Source: an uncultured Syntrophorhabdus sp. (GTDB lineage: Bacteria; Desulfobacterota; Syntrophorhabdia; Syntrophorhabdales; Syntrophorhabdaceae). Taken from it: 64,000 nucleotides of DNA. Made by a program: the position numbers and the translations under genes. Positions 38,042 through 48,912 of this stretch are shown here, piece by piece. Position 1 is the first letter of the stretch, and every line of letters starts with the position of its first letter. The stretch covers positions 63,894 through 127,893 of the forward strand of contig CAZENE010000002.1 in assembly GCA_964513565.1 (NCBI GenBank), written 5' to 3'. Below the pieces are notes generated by a model, which made no database searches, was not told where the DNA came from, and saw only the letters and a program-made list of their open reading frames with translations.

Positions 38042-39655
38042 TCACATTTTGAATTCCTGCACCGACTTTTCCAGGTTTACCGAAAGGGTGCTCAGCTCGA
38101 GCGCGGCCTGGGTGACCTGATCGGCTGAATTCGACGCCTCTTTCGTAACCGATGCCACCTGTTCGATATCCTGTGCTATTTCATTTGTGGTCGAATTCAT
38201 TTCCTCGATCGCGGCCGCTATCTGCTGAACCATCGACTGAAGACTCGAGGCGCTCTTAAGGATCTCAACGAGGGCACTGCCTGCCTGACCTGAAAGTTCG
38301 ACGCCCACCTGGACGCTCTGCGAGGCCTCGCCCATTGATTCGACGGCGCGGTCGACGCCGGTCTTTATCGAGCCGATCATACTTCCTATCTCCTGAGTGG
38401 ATTTGCTCGTTCTCTCCGCCAGTTTTTTGACCTCATCAGCGACAACGGCAAACCCTCTACCTGCTTCGCCGGCACGTGCAGCTTCAATGGCCGCGTTTAG
38501 GGCCAGGAGATTGGTCTGGTCGGCTATCTCGTTTATGACATTGACGATCTCTCCGATCTTCTGCGACTGGCTGCCGAGGTCTTTTACAAACTCGGATGAT
38601 CGATGTACCGTTTTTGCAATTTCCCTGACCTCGTCAACGGATCTATTTACTATCCCGTTGCCGTGCTCGGCAATGTTAACCATATCTTTCGCGGAATCCG
38701 ATATGTTGTTCGCATTCCGTGCAATATCGAGGGAAGCCTGTGACATTTCTTCGGATGCGGTCGATACCTGGATTGTCCTTTCCACCTGGTCGGTACCGCC
38801 TTTTGATAGTTGATCGGCACTCACGCTGAGTTGATGGCTTGCCGATGCGACCGAGCTCGCGGACATTTTAACCTCGGATATCAGTCTTTTCCACTTATCG
38901 ATCATCATATGAAACGCCCGCATTTCATCACCCAGTTCATCTTTGCGGTCTGTAGCGACGTTAACCGCCAGATTGCCATCTGCAAGTGTCTGGGCCACGG
39001 CTATATTTTTCTGGATAGGGACGGTAATGCTCCGGGTGATAACGACACTGATAAGGATACAGAAAAAAATGGAGATGATGCCGAAGGTTGCAAGAATGAC
39101 TTTAACTCTGTGATTGCTATTTACAATTTCATTGTATTTGACCTCCACCTCTTTTTCATAATGCCTGATAAGCTGCGAAATGATCTTGACGAACTTTGAC
39201 ACGGCCGGATCGACTTCCGTGCTGTAAATAGGCATTGCGGTTTTGAAATCTCCTGCCTGTATTGTCTCACCGAGTTTTATATTGCTTGCACGCGCCTCGC
39301 CCACCGTTTTCTTGAACTTGTCCAGTATCGCCCTTCCCTCCCGTTCATTTTCAAGCTTCTCAAGCTTCTCAAGCGCGGCCATATAAAGCTTTCTTTTTTC
39401 CTCCACCGCCTTTAATGGGGAGGTGTCTTTGTTAAAAACAGCCTTTCCCGTCTCTTTGTTGATGAACTGTAGATTTGCCAGAATGGCACTCGCCATCATG
39501 GCCTTCTGGAAATTCACATTGGTTATCTCATTGGCTCTCGCATTCGTGTCCGTCATGTTTTTGTAGCTGATGCTACACAGGAAAACGATTATGATAATGA
39601 ATATCATAAAACCCCCCGCCAGCCGTTTTCCTATCCTGATATTTTGAAGCTTCAT
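38042..39655 (-). CDS. Methyl-accepting chemotaxis protein (4HB-type sensor, HAMP, MA domain)
   Basis: ATG 39655 after GGGAGG. 2 TM. Signalling hairpin [40 protein letters not shown]. Confidence 0.93.
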   Translation of the reverse strand: MKLQNIRIGKRLAGGFMIFIIIIVFLCSISYKNMTDTNARANEITNVNFQKAMMASAILANLQFINKETGKAVFNKDTSPLKAVEEKRKLYMAALEKLEKLENEREGRAILDKFKKTVGEARASNIKLGETIQAGDFKTAMPIYSTEVDPAVSKFVKIISQLIRHYEKEVEVKYNEIVNSNHRVKVILATFGIISIFFCILISVVITRSITVPIQKNIAVAQTLADGNLAVNVATDRKDELGDEMRAFHMMIDKWKRLISEVKMSASSVASASHQLSVSADQLSKGGTDQVERTIQVSTASEEMSQASLDIARNANNISDSAKDMVNIAEHGNGIVNRSVDEVREIAKTVHRSSEFVKDLGSQSQKIGEIVNVINEIADQTNLLALNAAIEAARAGEAGRGFAVVADEVKKLAERTSKSTQEIGSMIGSIKTGVDRAVESMGEASQSVQVGVELSGQAGSALVEILKSASSLQSMVQQIAAAIEEMNSTTNEIAQDIEQVASVTKEASNSADQVTQAALELSTLSVNLEKSVQEFKM

Positions 39656-39913
39656 AATACCTCCCGGAAAATTCATTATAGTGAACTTTATCTTTCAGGA
39701 TATTCGTCACATCTTACCTTTTACTTAAATCAATCATGGGACCGCCATTGACGGATCAAAGTGCAGGCCGTATATTACCCGGTATAGATTGGTGTGGGCT
39801 GTCGTAAGCATTCCGGCATATTCCCTGCTTTCGTGCAAGGGTTTCTCGCGAGAACACCTCCAAATAGAGCTTAAAGACGGCTGACCCATGAAGACAAGGG
39901 CGCTGGAGAGGTT

Positions 39914-40648
39914 ATGCACAGAGTTTTTGACAGAATACAAAGATCGGTCAAGATCCACGGTCTATTGAGAAGTATGGTTTCGATATTCCAATATCCGCTC
40001 TTCTACCTGCCTTCTTATCGCCGTGCGCGCGAAGTGTGGGTCGATAGCGGGATGAACTTTGACGGGAAATGGGGAGTAGATACAGGAGGGATCATCCTTC
40101 CGGACAAAGGGGAGGTCATCGGACCCAACTGGGTTTACGGAACGCGTTATCAGGGTATCGAACCGGGAAGTCTCGAAGGGTTGTTGCGAGAATTACACGT
40201 TCGGTATCAGGATTATACCTTTATAGATTTCGGGTCGGGCAAAGGACGGGCGATCCTCGTTGCCTCCCGTTTTCCCTTTAAACGAATTATAGGTGTCGAG
40301 TATTGCCCGAAATTGAACGGTATAGCACGGGATAATCTTCTTCAATTCCCCGACGCTGAAAAAAAATGCACGGATATTGAACTTAGCTGTACCGACGCTG
40401 CGACTTACCCGATACCGGAGGAAGACCTGATCATCTTTCTCTTTAATCCATTCAGCGATGCGATCATGAAGGAATTGATCGGCAACGTCCGCGACTCGCT
40501 GGAACGGTTCCCCCGGAATGTGTTTGTTCTGTATGCAAACCCGGTCCATGGGGAATTGTGGAAAGATGCCGGCTTTACCCTGGATATGTCAGCGCCAAAA
40601 TGGATATCCATCTTTCATAATCAGTACGGCTCGAAAAAAATTGCCTGA
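39914..40648 (+). CDS. Class I SAM-dependent methyltransferase
   Basis: GGAGAGG RBS. Motif I FIDFGSGKGRAILVAS. Acidic GVEY. Confidence 0.75.
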   Translation: MHRVFDRIQRSVKIHGLLRSMVSIFQYPLFYLPSYRRAREVWVDSGMNFDGKWGVDTGGIILPDKGEVIGPNWVYGTRYQGIEPGSLEGLLRELHVRYQDYTFIDFGSGKGRAILVASRFPFKRIIGVEYCPKLNGIARDNLLQFPDAEKKCTDIELSCTDAATYPIPEEDLIIFLFNPFSDAIMKELIGNVRDSLERFPRNVFVLYANPVHGELWKDAGFTLDMSAPKWISIFHNQYGSKKIA

Positions 40649-40670
40649 CCGATTGGGGTCAGGCAATTTT
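40636..40670 (+). terminator. Rho-independent terminator
   Basis: TTGCCTGACC-gattgg-GGTCAGGCAA-TTTT. The stop codon lies inside the 5' stem arm. Confidence 0.8.
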
Positions 40671-40884
40671 CCCGTTTCCGGCAAAGCCGCTCAACACTGC
40701 CGGGTATGTATCATTTCTTATCTTATCGCTGGCCCCATGCTCGCATTCCATTGCCTGACAATGCGGCAAGCTTTCCGTGGATTCTCCCGGAGAGGCATCT
40801 CAAATCTTTCCGTGACGTCCTGCATATCTATCCGCAAGTTTTCCGGTCTTTTCGGCGGCCAATGCACGTACCGAATTCGGGCAA

Positions 40885-41274
40885 TTAGACCCTCCGGAAT
40901 ACGTAGAGGAATAATACGACCAGGATAGCAATGGCAAGGACCGCAATTACGACTCCCAGTCCATCACCGCCGACCCTCATCTCATCCGCCTTAACGGCAA
41001 GCTTGTGGAGTTGGCTGTCACTTAGCTGGCCAAGCCTCGATTGTATCTCTTCACTGCTGAAACCCAACTGTTTCAGTTTCTGGCTGACCATCTTCGTTTC
41101 AAGCGCGGTTCGGACCTTTGCCAGATCAGTCATTCTCTCTTCCGGTGAAAGCTTTATGATCTCGGATGGTGAATAACCCGCAAACGACCTCTCCGCTATA
41201 CCAATGATAAATAACGCGGCCACGAGATAACATGCGAGAATTTTGACTGCAACCTTCTTTTTTGACCTTTTCAT
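40885..41274 (-). CDS. Small exported protein with C-terminal TM anchor (resembles the PA2779 family)
   Basis: Signal peptide. KQLGFSSEEIQSRLGQLSDSQLHKLA helix pair. GGDGLGVVIAVLAIAILVVLFLYVF anchor. Family assignment is from memory only. Confidence 0.55.
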   Translation of the reverse strand: MKRSKKKVAVKILACYLVAALFIIGIAERSFAGYSPSEIIKLSPEERMTDLAKVRTALETKMVSQKLKQLGFSSEEIQSRLGQLSDSQLHKLAVKADEMRVGGDGLGVVIAVLAIAILVVLFLYVFRRV

Positions 41275-41294
41275 TGTAACACACCTCCTTCGGA

Positions 41295-41678
41295 TTATTT
41301 TTTCCCTTCCTTTTTCTGCATTCGCGCAACAGACCTTTCATATGCGTCCTTGAGATCTTTCAGGGCGGAATTGAACTCAGCCTTCGCCTGCTCCCATTTT
41401 TCCGAGCCGGCTTCCTTTAATTCCTGCCATTTCTTTCCGGCCTGTTCCCGTTTGTCCTGCAGTTCTGCCATCATCGCGTCGTAGTCTTCTTTCGCGTCAT
41501 CCTTGAGCCGGGCTGCCCGCGACTTAAGGTCGTTGATCTTTTCATCCATGGACTGCAGTTCTTTTTCGGAACGCTTCTCATATGTCTCCTTGGTTTCTTT
41601 ATCTTGAGCAAAAACGAGGGGGCACCAAGCCAGAAGCAGGACAAAGACCAATAATACAAACATATGTGACCTTTTCAT
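41295..41678 (-). CDS. Secreted Lys/Glu-rich coiled-coil protein
   Basis: Signal peptide MFVLLVFVLLLAWCPLVFA/QD. The rest is a charged helical repeat. Confidence 0.6.
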   Translation of the reverse strand: MKRSHMFVLLVFVLLLAWCPLVFAQDKETKETYEKRSEKELQSMDEKINDLKSRAARLKDDAKEDYDAMMAELQDKREQAGKKWQELKEAGSEKWEQAKAEFNSALKDLKDAYERSVARMQKKEGKK

Positions 41679-41878
41679 CGTTTTTCACCTCCTGTCAGCC
41701 CGGACAACGAAAGAAGATACACCGCCGCCCGGCTATTTTAACCCGCGCATCGTATACCGTTTAGATTATCCCGATAGGCCGGATATGTCTGTCGCAGTTT
41801 CGCCATTTATCATGTAGCAGGTTCTTTAATACCCTGCGTGGTACTTATTCGTGACATTTACAAGTCTCCCGTCATGCG

Positions 41879-42556
41879 TCATGCGGTCCTCGGCACCACA
41901 CGGACCTCCACGCGCCGGTTCTGCTGGCGGCCGCTTGCGGTGTCATTGCCCGCTATCGGTCTCGATTCACCGTAACCTATGGTAGTGATCCGGGCTGGAT
42001 CGATTCCCGACCCGACAAGGGCGTTCCGGACGGCCTGTGCCCGTCGCTCGGAAAGCTGTTGATTGTAGGCCTCGTTCCCCTGGCTGTCAGTATGGCCGGC
42101 TACCTGGATCGTCGTTTCGGGGTATTGCCTGAGCACGTCGGCTACCCTCTGGATCTCAGGCTGTGCTCCCGGCAGAAGTGTTGCGGAGTCAGTGGCGAAA
42201 AGATAGTCAGATTTAAAGGATACCGTGAGGACTTGAACGTTTTCCCTGCGTGCCCCCTGAACTATTTCCTGCTCACGCCGCACAGTCGCTGTCTCCGAAT
42301 CTCCTACGGCCTGGCGCATCGATCGCTCCTGGTTGTCCATATACCTTCCGATAGCCGCGCCACTTAGACCGCCGACAATGGCCCCGATACCGGCTCCCAG
42401 CAGAGTGGCTTCCGTGCTGCTTCCTATCGCCTGTCCGGCGCCGGCCCCCACCGCGGCCCCGACGCCGGCCCCGACGCCGGCCCCTGTTCCGGTTTTAGTC
42501 GCGCAGCCGGCGATCGCTACTCCGGCAACAAGTACCAGGATTATCCATGTTCTCAT
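41879..42556 (-). CDS. OmpA-family lipoprotein with glycine-zipper N-region
   Basis: Lipobox VAIAGC. GAGVGAGVGAAVGAGAG zipper. OmpA_C motif GHTDSQGNEAYNQQLSERRAQAV. Confidence 0.88.
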   Translation of the reverse strand: MRTWIILVLVAGVAIAGCATKTGTGAGVGAGVGAAVGAGAGQAIGSSTEATLLGAGIGAIVGGLSGAAIGRYMDNQERSMRQAVGDSETATVRREQEIVQGARRENVQVLTVSFKSDYLFATDSATLLPGAQPEIQRVADVLRQYPETTIQVAGHTDSQGNEAYNQQLSERRAQAVRNALVGSGIDPARITTIGYGESRPIAGNDTASGRQQNRRVEVRVVPRTA

Positions 42557-42597
42557 AATAAAGCCCCCTTATAACGTGGTTTTTTGTGTACATAAGA

Positions 42598-42625
42598 AAT
42601 CTAGGGAGCCGCGAGGGGTTGTCAA
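42598..42625 (-). promoter_or_regulatory. Sigma-70 type promoter for the OmpA-like gene
   Basis: Minus strand TTGACA-N16-TAGATT, about 40 nt upstream of ATG 42556. Confidence 0.5.
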
Positions 42626-42676
42626 GGGTGCATCGGCACGAAAGCCTGAGATCGTAAGGCACAAGAAGTTTAAAGA

Positions 42677-42700
42677 CAAAAAACCTGCCCGGAAGGCAGG
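42677..42700 (-). terminator. Rho-independent terminator of the 48364-42736 operon
   Basis: Minus strand CCTGCC-ttccg-GGCAGG-TTTTTT, 36 nt after the stop at 42736. Confidence 0.8.
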
Positions 42701-42735
42701 CCATTTCCTGACAGGGTTTTTTACGCACTCACACG

Positions 42736-43716
42736 TTACGGCATTAAGGATACTTCCCTATACATCTCTTCTATGGCCGATGCATCGAGGCGGTTGAAGT
42801 CGGTTTCAGACGGGGTAACTATTATCCCGCCCATTTCCATAACTGCGGGACTGACCATTATTCGACGATCGTCCTCAAAAAAGAAGGCAGCGGGGCGATG
42901 GGCACGGCGCGGGAAAACAGCGAGGCGGAGTTTACCATGGCTGCAATGTCCGATGACGTTTATCATCGGCTCCCCACCCGCCATTGTATCCTTGTGAAGG
43001 GCATCAACCGAATCCTGGAAAGCTAAGCGGACATCCTGTGGATCGCTGCCCTCAATTACGGCAACCATCCTGCCGAGGCCCCGCCCCGAGGAAATTGTCG
43101 TACTGCCCGTGGACCTCAAAACGGAAAATTTATCCCGGGTGTCGAGCTCTTTTTCAATCGGCATATTTCCCGATGGCACTGCTTGAAAATGCAGGTGATC
43201 AGGGGCAGATGCCCCGCAGCGGGGCCCGTTGTAAAGTGTTGAAAATCCGGGGCCGATATCCTCTGTAATGCGTAAAAATAGATCTATACTTTCAAATATG
43301 GACTGCGGCCGATGAGTTCTGTGGGCGATTGTCAAATGAAGCGGTACGACAGGCCTTGGATTTGCCAGTATTAAAAATTCGTCCCTGTACAGGACCGCCA
43401 TCTGTTTGGCGGGCAAATTATCCGTGCAGAGGAAGCAAGGCCTTTCGCTGACCTTGTCCGGAGTGACGGCTGCGAGTGTGTTTGTGGACCTTCCGGGATT
43501 ATATAGAAGTCTGATCGAGAAACCGGAGCATTGGATATCGCGGGACCGTGAATTGCGCAATGAATCGCAGGCATCCCGGAACTCAGCCCAAGATAGATGC
43601 TGTTCATCGATTAGCTTAAGGCAAAGGTCGCCGAGAACGGAAAGCGGGTTATGGCTTTCGGTGCCGTCGAAGCGCTCCCGGATGCGGTATTCCGGCACGT
43701 TATGCATTATTGCCAA
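42736..43716 (-). CDS. DUF4922-like, GalT-branch HIT superfamily protein (NDP-hexose phosphorylase/nucleotidyltransferase-like)
   Basis: CFLC Zn-knuckle-like motif, then [10 protein letters not shown] (H-x-H-x-Q nucleotidyl-His motif as in GDP-hexose phosphorylases). Overlaps the upstream GT2 end. Confidence 0.65.
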   Translation of the reverse strand: MAIMHNVPEYRIRERFDGTESHNPLSVLGDLCLKLIDEQHLSWAEFRDACDSLRNSRSRDIQCSGFSIRLLYNPGRSTNTLAAVTPDKVSERPCFLCTDNLPAKQMAVLYRDEFLILANPRPVVPLHLTIAHRTHRPQSIFESIDLFLRITEDIGPGFSTLYNGPRCGASAPDHLHFQAVPSGNMPIEKELDTRDKFSVLRSTGSTTISSGRGLGRMVAVIEGSDPQDVRLAFQDSVDALHKDTMAGGEPMINVIGHCSHGKLRLAVFPRRAHRPAAFFFEDDRRIMVSPAVMEMGGIIVTPSETDFNRLDASAIEEMYREVSLMP

Positions 43717-45181
43717 GCTCCTGGCGTTTCATAATTTCACGGGTGCGCAGGGAGTCCTTAAAAATATTGTTCCTGTTCAATGCTTCAATTGAAAGCCCGG
43801 CGTCGGTATTGCCCGGCCACCGGCGGCACAAGTAGAGGCTTTCGTACACTCTGCCTATTTTGTACTGACGCGAAATGCGAAGGGCGGCGGCATAATCTTC
43901 GCCGTAGCTTACGTTCAAAAAACCGATCCGGCGCATCGCCGTCGTGCTGAAGGCGCGCGGTGCGCCCAACCCGTTCACCCGGAGCGCATTATTGTGGCCG
44001 TTGGCATCTGTCCACTCGCGATGATCGATAAGGCCCGGAGGAATCTGTTCAAGATGTTCATTTACGATCGTGTATGACCCTACAACCATTGCGTAGCTGC
44101 CGTTCCGCAGGGTATCCACAATGGTCTCGAGGACGAGGTTGTTTTCGTACAGGTCGTCCGAATCCAGCTGCACCGCATAGCGGCCGCAGGCCGTGTCATT
44201 AATTCCGAGGTTCCAGCACCCGCCGATGCCAAGATCGTCGCGGTCGGGGATTATATGTCGGACGGCAGGGTTCTTCCCAGCAAGTTCGGCAGCTATTCCT
44301 GTGGTACCGTCGGTAGAGTGATTATCAATCACGATGATGTTGAAGGTAAAGTCAGCTTCCTGGGCCAGGGCGCTGTGTACGGCATCGGCAATAGTGTTTT
44401 TTCTGTTTTTTACGGGGATGATGACAGATGCCTTTACCGGAAAAGAATCTGCAGGCTCTTGCATGAGTTCGAGCGTCTCGGGTGATATGTAGGCGCCTAT
44501 TCTTTTCAGATGATCTGTGAAAATAGATTCCATTTCCTGCTGGATCTGCTGGTTGTGAGGGTCGACGTACGCAAAAAGAGCCATCCCCGAAGGTTCGTCG
44601 CGGTGCGTAATTATGTTGTAGATCGCTTCCGGGACACGATAGATGCGGTGATCGATCGATAACTTAAGGCGCAGGTCGTAAAGGGCGCCATGACGGCACG
44701 GAGGCGTTTCGCCGAAACATTTAAGTGCGTCCCGTATGTCGGTTGCGCTTAAGAGAGCAAGATAGCCAAAATCGAAATCGTCCCGGACGCTTCCAAATTG
44801 ATAATCGATCAGTGGATGGAACCTCTTTCCGCTTCCGGTGTCTTCGTAATAATCCGAATATACAAAGGCCGCTTTCATAGACCGTGCCGCATCGATCATT
44901 TTTTCCAAGGTGAGGGAACCCGAGAGAACGGGGATCGCATCGGGGATAAAAAGCATGTACTCCGTCCGTGTCTTTTCGAGAACGTTCCGCAATGTGGCCC
45001 GGGACGCGAAACTGCCGGTGTCGATAATGCTGCAGCGGGGAAGCACTTCGGGTATCTGTTCGCGGGTCACGATGAGCACCTCCTCGATCATGTCCGAAGC
45101 CAGGAGGCGACGCAAGGCAGGCAGGAACAGGGTCCCCGATCTATAAGTGCAGACAGCGGTAACGGGTTTCATTTTTTTCAT
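43700..45181 (-). CDS. Two-domain glycosyltransferase: N-terminal GT-A-like domain + C-terminal family 2 GT
   Basis: C-terminal half [23 protein letters not shown]...[12 protein letters not shown]...LDSDD (DxD). The N-terminal ~240 aa are unassigned. Confidence 0.8.
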   Translation of the reverse strand: MKKMKPVTAVCTYRSGTLFLPALRRLLASDMIEEVLIVTREQIPEVLPRCSIIDTGSFASRATLRNVLEKTRTEYMLFIPDAIPVLSGSLTLEKMIDAARSMKAAFVYSDYYEDTGSGKRFHPLIDYQFGSVRDDFDFGYLALLSATDIRDALKCFGETPPCRHGALYDLRLKLSIDHRIYRVPEAIYNIITHRDEPSGMALFAYVDPHNQQIQQEMESIFTDHLKRIGAYISPETLELMQEPADSFPVKASVIIPVKNRKNTIADAVHSALAQEADFTFNIIVIDNHSTDGTTGIAAELAGKNPAVRHIIPDRDDLGIGGCWNLGINDTACGRYAVQLDSDDLYENNLVLETIVDTLRNGSYAMVVGSYTIVNEHLEQIPPGLIDHREWTDANGHNNALRVNGLGAPRAFSTTAMRRIGFLNVSYGEDYAAALRISRQYKIGRVYESLYLCRRWPGNTDAGLSIEALNRNNIFKDSLRTREIMKRQELGNNA

Positions 45182-45260
45182 ATCGTACCATGTTCGGATG
45201 AATTTTTAAAGGAAGACGGATGTCCGGCGGCATGGAGAATAAGCTTTTCCCGATAGATCT

Positions 45261-46256
45261 TTATTCAATAGTCATCCGACATAAAAGTATCACTTCGCGC
45301 AAACATCCAAGCGACGGTACACGGGATACCGCCAGGTTGAGATTGTCAAGGCCGGATGGGATGGAACCAAGAAAATCCTGAAGCCCTTTTACCTTTCCAA
45401 GAAAGCCGAACGCACCGAGCGCTTGCATGAGACGTTCCGCGCCCGCTTCCCAGAAAGAATTCTGATATGCATCCCAATCAGGCTCCTGTGAAGACAGTAC
45501 ATAGGAGAATGAGAGAAGTTCTTCCCGGGCTTCATCCGTTATATGGACGTACGGATCGAGGAGGAGCGAGGCAAGGTCATAGAAAGGGTTTCCAAGCCGC
45601 ATGCCCTGAAAATCGATAAAATAAGGCTCGCCGTTGCATACCATGATGTTCCGCGACTGAAGGTCGCGATGAACGAGGGATCTCGGGACAGACTGCAATC
45701 TTTCCGATAGAGCTGAAAGCTCCGCCCTGAGTCTCATTTCAAATCCCGGGTCGAGGGCAAGGTCGCAGTATCCCTTAACAAAATTATCGAGAAAATAATC
45801 CTGCTCCCAACGATACAAATCCGGATCGAAGCCGTCCATGAGTCGGATGCTTGCGGGAGAAAAGTTCTTTTCCGTTATGCGGTGAAGTCTCCGTATGGCC
45901 CCGAGGGTTTTCTGATAGAGTATGCGCCTTTCAGGCCATTGCCGGGTAGCCATCGAACACAGGTCCGTATCGCCCAGATCTTCCATCATTATTATATTTT
46001 TTTCCGGATCGTGCGTTATCACTCCGGGGACCGGTATACGCATCTTCTGAAGATAATTTGCGATATCGGCATAATATCCATTTTCTGTTCGGTTCGTATC
46101 ATATTTAATGGCAATAGCGGTCCTGTCATTCCACAGGACCCGGTAAAACATCCGGTCCGATCCGCGGGCGGAAAGCGGTTTGACGGAAATGTCATATGAA
46201 CCTTCGATCTGCAGCAGGCTGCGGGCAAAAGCCCCTATTTCGTTTTCATACCCCAT
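45261..46256 (-). CDS. Sugar anomeric kinase of the aminoglycoside-phosphotransferase fold (AmgK-like)
   Basis: ORF to 46307. ATG 46256 is preferred (11-nt overlap with the upstream stop). Brenner/catalytic loop [10 protein letters not shown] and [19 protein letters not shown]. Confidence 0.75.
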   Translation of the reverse strand: MGYENEIGAFARSLLQIEGSYDISVKPLSARGSDRMFYRVLWNDRTAIAIKYDTNRTENGYYADIANYLQKMRIPVPGVITHDPEKNIIMMEDLGDTDLCSMATRQWPERRILYQKTLGAIRRLHRITEKNFSPASIRLMDGFDPDLYRWEQDYFLDNFVKGYCDLALDPGFEMRLRAELSALSERLQSVPRSLVHRDLQSRNIMVCNGEPYFIDFQGMRLGNPFYDLASLLLDPYVHITDEAREELLSFSYVLSSQEPDWDAYQNSFWEAGAERLMQALGAFGFLGKVKGLQDFLGSIPSGLDNLNLAVSRVPSLGCLREVILLCRMTIE

Positions 46257-46992
46257 GGAACGGCCTCTCCTGGTCTTTGTATTGCGCCTCGTTTTTAAGC
46301 TTTTCATAGACCTCGAGGGACCCGATATCGTCCCATTGGCCGGAATCGATAATTATCCCTCTGATAGACCCTGGTCTCGCAACGATCCTTTGAAGAAAAA
46401 CGTCGACGATGGATACAACTTTGCCCCTCTCGATCGCCTGGAGCATGGAGGTCTCGACGATATAAATTCCCGTAAAAAGACAGCTTGCCAAACCCGGCTT
46501 TTTGAGAACATGGCGCATGTCGCATATCGCGCCCGATGGATCAATGTTCACGTTAAGGTTCGGACCCTCTGTCCTCAATGCAAGCGTAGCTTCGCACGGA
46601 TAGGCCTTATGGCTCCCGATAAGGACGTCGAGCGGCATATTGCACAGGATATCGCCGTTGTAGCACATTATGGTTTTATCCTGCTCGACGAGGTCTTCAA
46701 TATTTTTAAGTCCTCCCGCGGTATCAAGGAGAGTGGGTTCGTGCCTGAATTCGATGGGTGCTCCCCGCCATTGTCTATCGGGGAACTCCTCCCGGTATTT
46801 GCCCGGCTGATGGTGCGTATTGACTATGAACCGCTTTATTCCTATGCCCAGCAGATGATCCATCGCATACGTGATTATCGGCCGGCCGTTTACGGGCAAT
46901 AACGGCTTGGGCATGTATTCGGTCAGAGGGCGCAGGCGTTTACCCAATCCCGCTCCGAGAATAAAAGCTGTTCTGATACGGCTGTTTATCAT
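46246..46992 (-). CDS. Sugar-1-phosphate nucleotidyltransferase (MurU-like short NTP-transferase)
   Basis: [24 protein letters not shown] (GxGxRLxPLT) signature. About 248 aa. Confidence 0.85.
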   Translation of the reverse strand: MINSRIRTAFILGAGLGKRLRPLTEYMPKPLLPVNGRPIITYAMDHLLGIGIKRFIVNTHHQPGKYREEFPDRQWRGAPIEFRHEPTLLDTAGGLKNIEDLVEQDKTIMCYNGDILCNMPLDVLIGSHKAYPCEATLALRTEGPNLNVNIDPSGAICDMRHVLKKPGLASCLFTGIYIVETSMLQAIERGKVVSIVDVFLQRIVARPGSIRGIIIDSGQWDDIGSLEVYEKLKNEAQYKDQERPFHGV

Positions 46993-47011
46993 GACCCCAA
47001 AAATGTGCGGA

Positions 47012-48364
47012 TTAATATATTTTTCTTATTTCAGCGCCCGTGAAGTAATGCCCCAGGATCTCATCTGCCGTGAAACCCTTTTTTGCCATAACGGCCGCTC
47101 CTATCTGGCACAGCCCAACGCCGTGCCCCCATCCGGCCCCATTAAAGATGAACCGTTCCGGCTGGCCGTCCTGTCCTTTTTGTAGCGATACGATGAATGC
47201 ACTGCTGTAAAGATGCGTGGAGGAAAGCCATCTGCGGATCTCAAGTTCCTTGCCGATGACAATGTTCTGTTTTGAACCGGTGATCCTCAAACGCTTGATC
47301 CTTCCGGAGGGGCCGCGTTCAAGCGGTGTGAGATCGTATAGCGTGCCGAAATCGATCCCCGACTTCTGCCTGATGATTTCTTCAAGCTGGTCCCGGGAGT
47401 ACTCCACTTTCCATCGAAAAAATTGTTTTGTCTCCCGGTCGAACCCCGGGAGTATCTCCGCGAGCAGCTCCGCGTCTTTTGTATTGCAGTAAACGTCGGG
47501 CGATCCCGATATCCATTCTGCAGCCCTGTCTTCGGAAACGACCGGTGAAAATGTAATCGGTGAATCGCTTATGCTGACAAGGTACGGGACGGGGGTTTCT
47601 TCCCAGGCAGTCTCATAATTTTCGGTAACACCTCCGCACGCCTTGAAATACCGGGCGTCACAAACCTCGTCACCGTATGCCAGTACGATTCCGCGCGTTT
47701 TTGCCACCGCATCGGCAGCCACGCCTGAGATGATCTTTGTGATCCCCTGGTAACGCTGACAGTGATCGTCGGCGCAGACGTCGAAGATGTCATGGTCTTC
47801 CCGGTTGTACCAGCGGATGAACTCTCCGGCCCCACAGCAGTGTTCTATACCCTTCGTTGTATTCTTGCGGTTGAGGGCAGCGAGCAGCCAACTGCGGGAG
47901 ATAATTGAGTGGACCTTCAAAAATTCATGAGGTGCGGTCCCGCTCATTTCGGACGAGATAACGCTCACAAGATAATCCTCAAGTGATATTTCATTAATAA
48001 TGGCTATGGTATCGGCGCCGCGGGCGACCAGGATGAGATTTCCCTGGAATACCTGGTCCTCCTTTCTTTCCCAGTGGAAGCGGATCCCAATGGTGACGTC
48101 AGATATGCGGAACGTTGAACCCTCTTGTGCGACAAGCCGTACAGTTGGTGAACGAGACACAAGGCGGTTCCCCTCATCGAAAAGAAGAATTCCGGTATTG
48201 TCGGCCGACGCATGGAACGGACCGGATAAAAGGCCGGCCCCTTCGATCAGGAAATTCCCATTAAGTCGTCCCGTCACGCGGGGCTGCATATCGGCAATCC
48301 CCACGGTAATGACCGGTTCCCGTATATCAATGGACACGATACCCTCCTGTGATGTTTTGACCAC
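47012..48364 (-). CDS. SpoIID/LytB-domain protein lacking an N-terminal signal/TM segment
   Basis: [13 protein letters not shown]...[64 protein letters not shown]. The N-terminus [17 protein letters not shown] is hydrophilic. Confidence 0.8.
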   Translation of the reverse strand: MVKTSQEGIVSIDIREPVITVGIADMQPRVTGRLNGNFLIEGAGLLSGPFHASADNTGILLFDEGNRLVSRSPTVRLVAQEGSTFRISDVTIGIRFHWERKEDQVFQGNLILVARGADTIAIINEISLEDYLVSVISSEMSGTAPHEFLKVHSIISRSWLLAALNRKNTTKGIEHCCGAGEFIRWYNREDHDIFDVCADDHCQRYQGITKIISGVAADAVAKTRGIVLAYGDEVCDARYFKACGGVTENYETAWEETPVPYLVSISDSPITFSPVVSEDRAAEWISGSPDVYCNTKDAELLAEILPGFDRETKQFFRWKVEYSRDQLEEIIRQKSGIDFGTLYDLTPLERGPSGRIKRLRITGSKQNIVIGKELEIRRWLSSTHLYSSAFIVSLQKGQDGQPERFIFNGAGWGHGVGLCQIGAAVMAKKGFTADEILGHYFTGAEIRKIY

Positions 48365-48593
48365 AGCTTGTTTACCTTATTATTTTTCCTGCAGCTTGTC
48401 AATCGGGTAGCGAATTTCGACGCAATTGTCGTTTCCCGAAAACTCGTGTCGACAGTTTTTGCCTGTTTTGACAATATGATACACCGGGGATATCGGGAAA
48501 ATACAAGTAATTATAAATACTTCATCGGGATACGATCATTGGTATCGTTTTTGCTGATTAATCCATATCTAAATTACAGTCTGCGGAGGGGAA

Positions 48594-48875
48594 ATGAAAA
48601 AAGTGATTGTGATGGTTTCGGTCATCGTATTCCTTGCGTTAATTGTTCTGCCCGGCATAAGCGAGGCAAGAGGTCATCATCACAGGCCGTATTATCACCG
48701 CCACCATCATCGTGGTTGGGGCTACGGAGGTGCGGCTGCAGGAGGGTTCGTTCTTGGAGCGATCGTGGGAAGCGCGTTGCGCCCTGCTCCCGTCTATGTG
48801 GCGCCGCCGCCGCCTCCTCCGAGGGTTTACTACTATTACCCGCCCCCCTCCCGGGTTTATGTATATCCGTACTGA
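48594..48875 (+). CDS. Small secreted His-, Gly- and Pro/Tyr-rich protein
   Basis: GGAGGGG RBS. Signal peptide VIVFLALIVLPGISEA/RG. HHHRPYYHRHHHRGWGYGG, then a Gly-zipper-like GGFVLGAIVGSAL, then PPPPPPRVYYYYPPPSRVYVYPY. Confidence 0.65.
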   Translation: MKKVIVMVSVIVFLALIVLPGISEARGHHHRPYYHRHHHRGWGYGGAAAGGFVLGAIVGSALRPAPVYVAPPPPPPRVYYYYPPPSRVYVYPY

Positions 48876-48912
48876 TGGGCGCGATAGGGATGGGCGATTG
48901 GCGATGGATTGC

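Noticed and set aside
46180-46902. Plus-strand ORF of 240 aa opposite the nucleotidyltransferase
   Set aside because: The minus strand carries the GxGxRLxPLT signature and fits the operon. The plus ORF has no motif.
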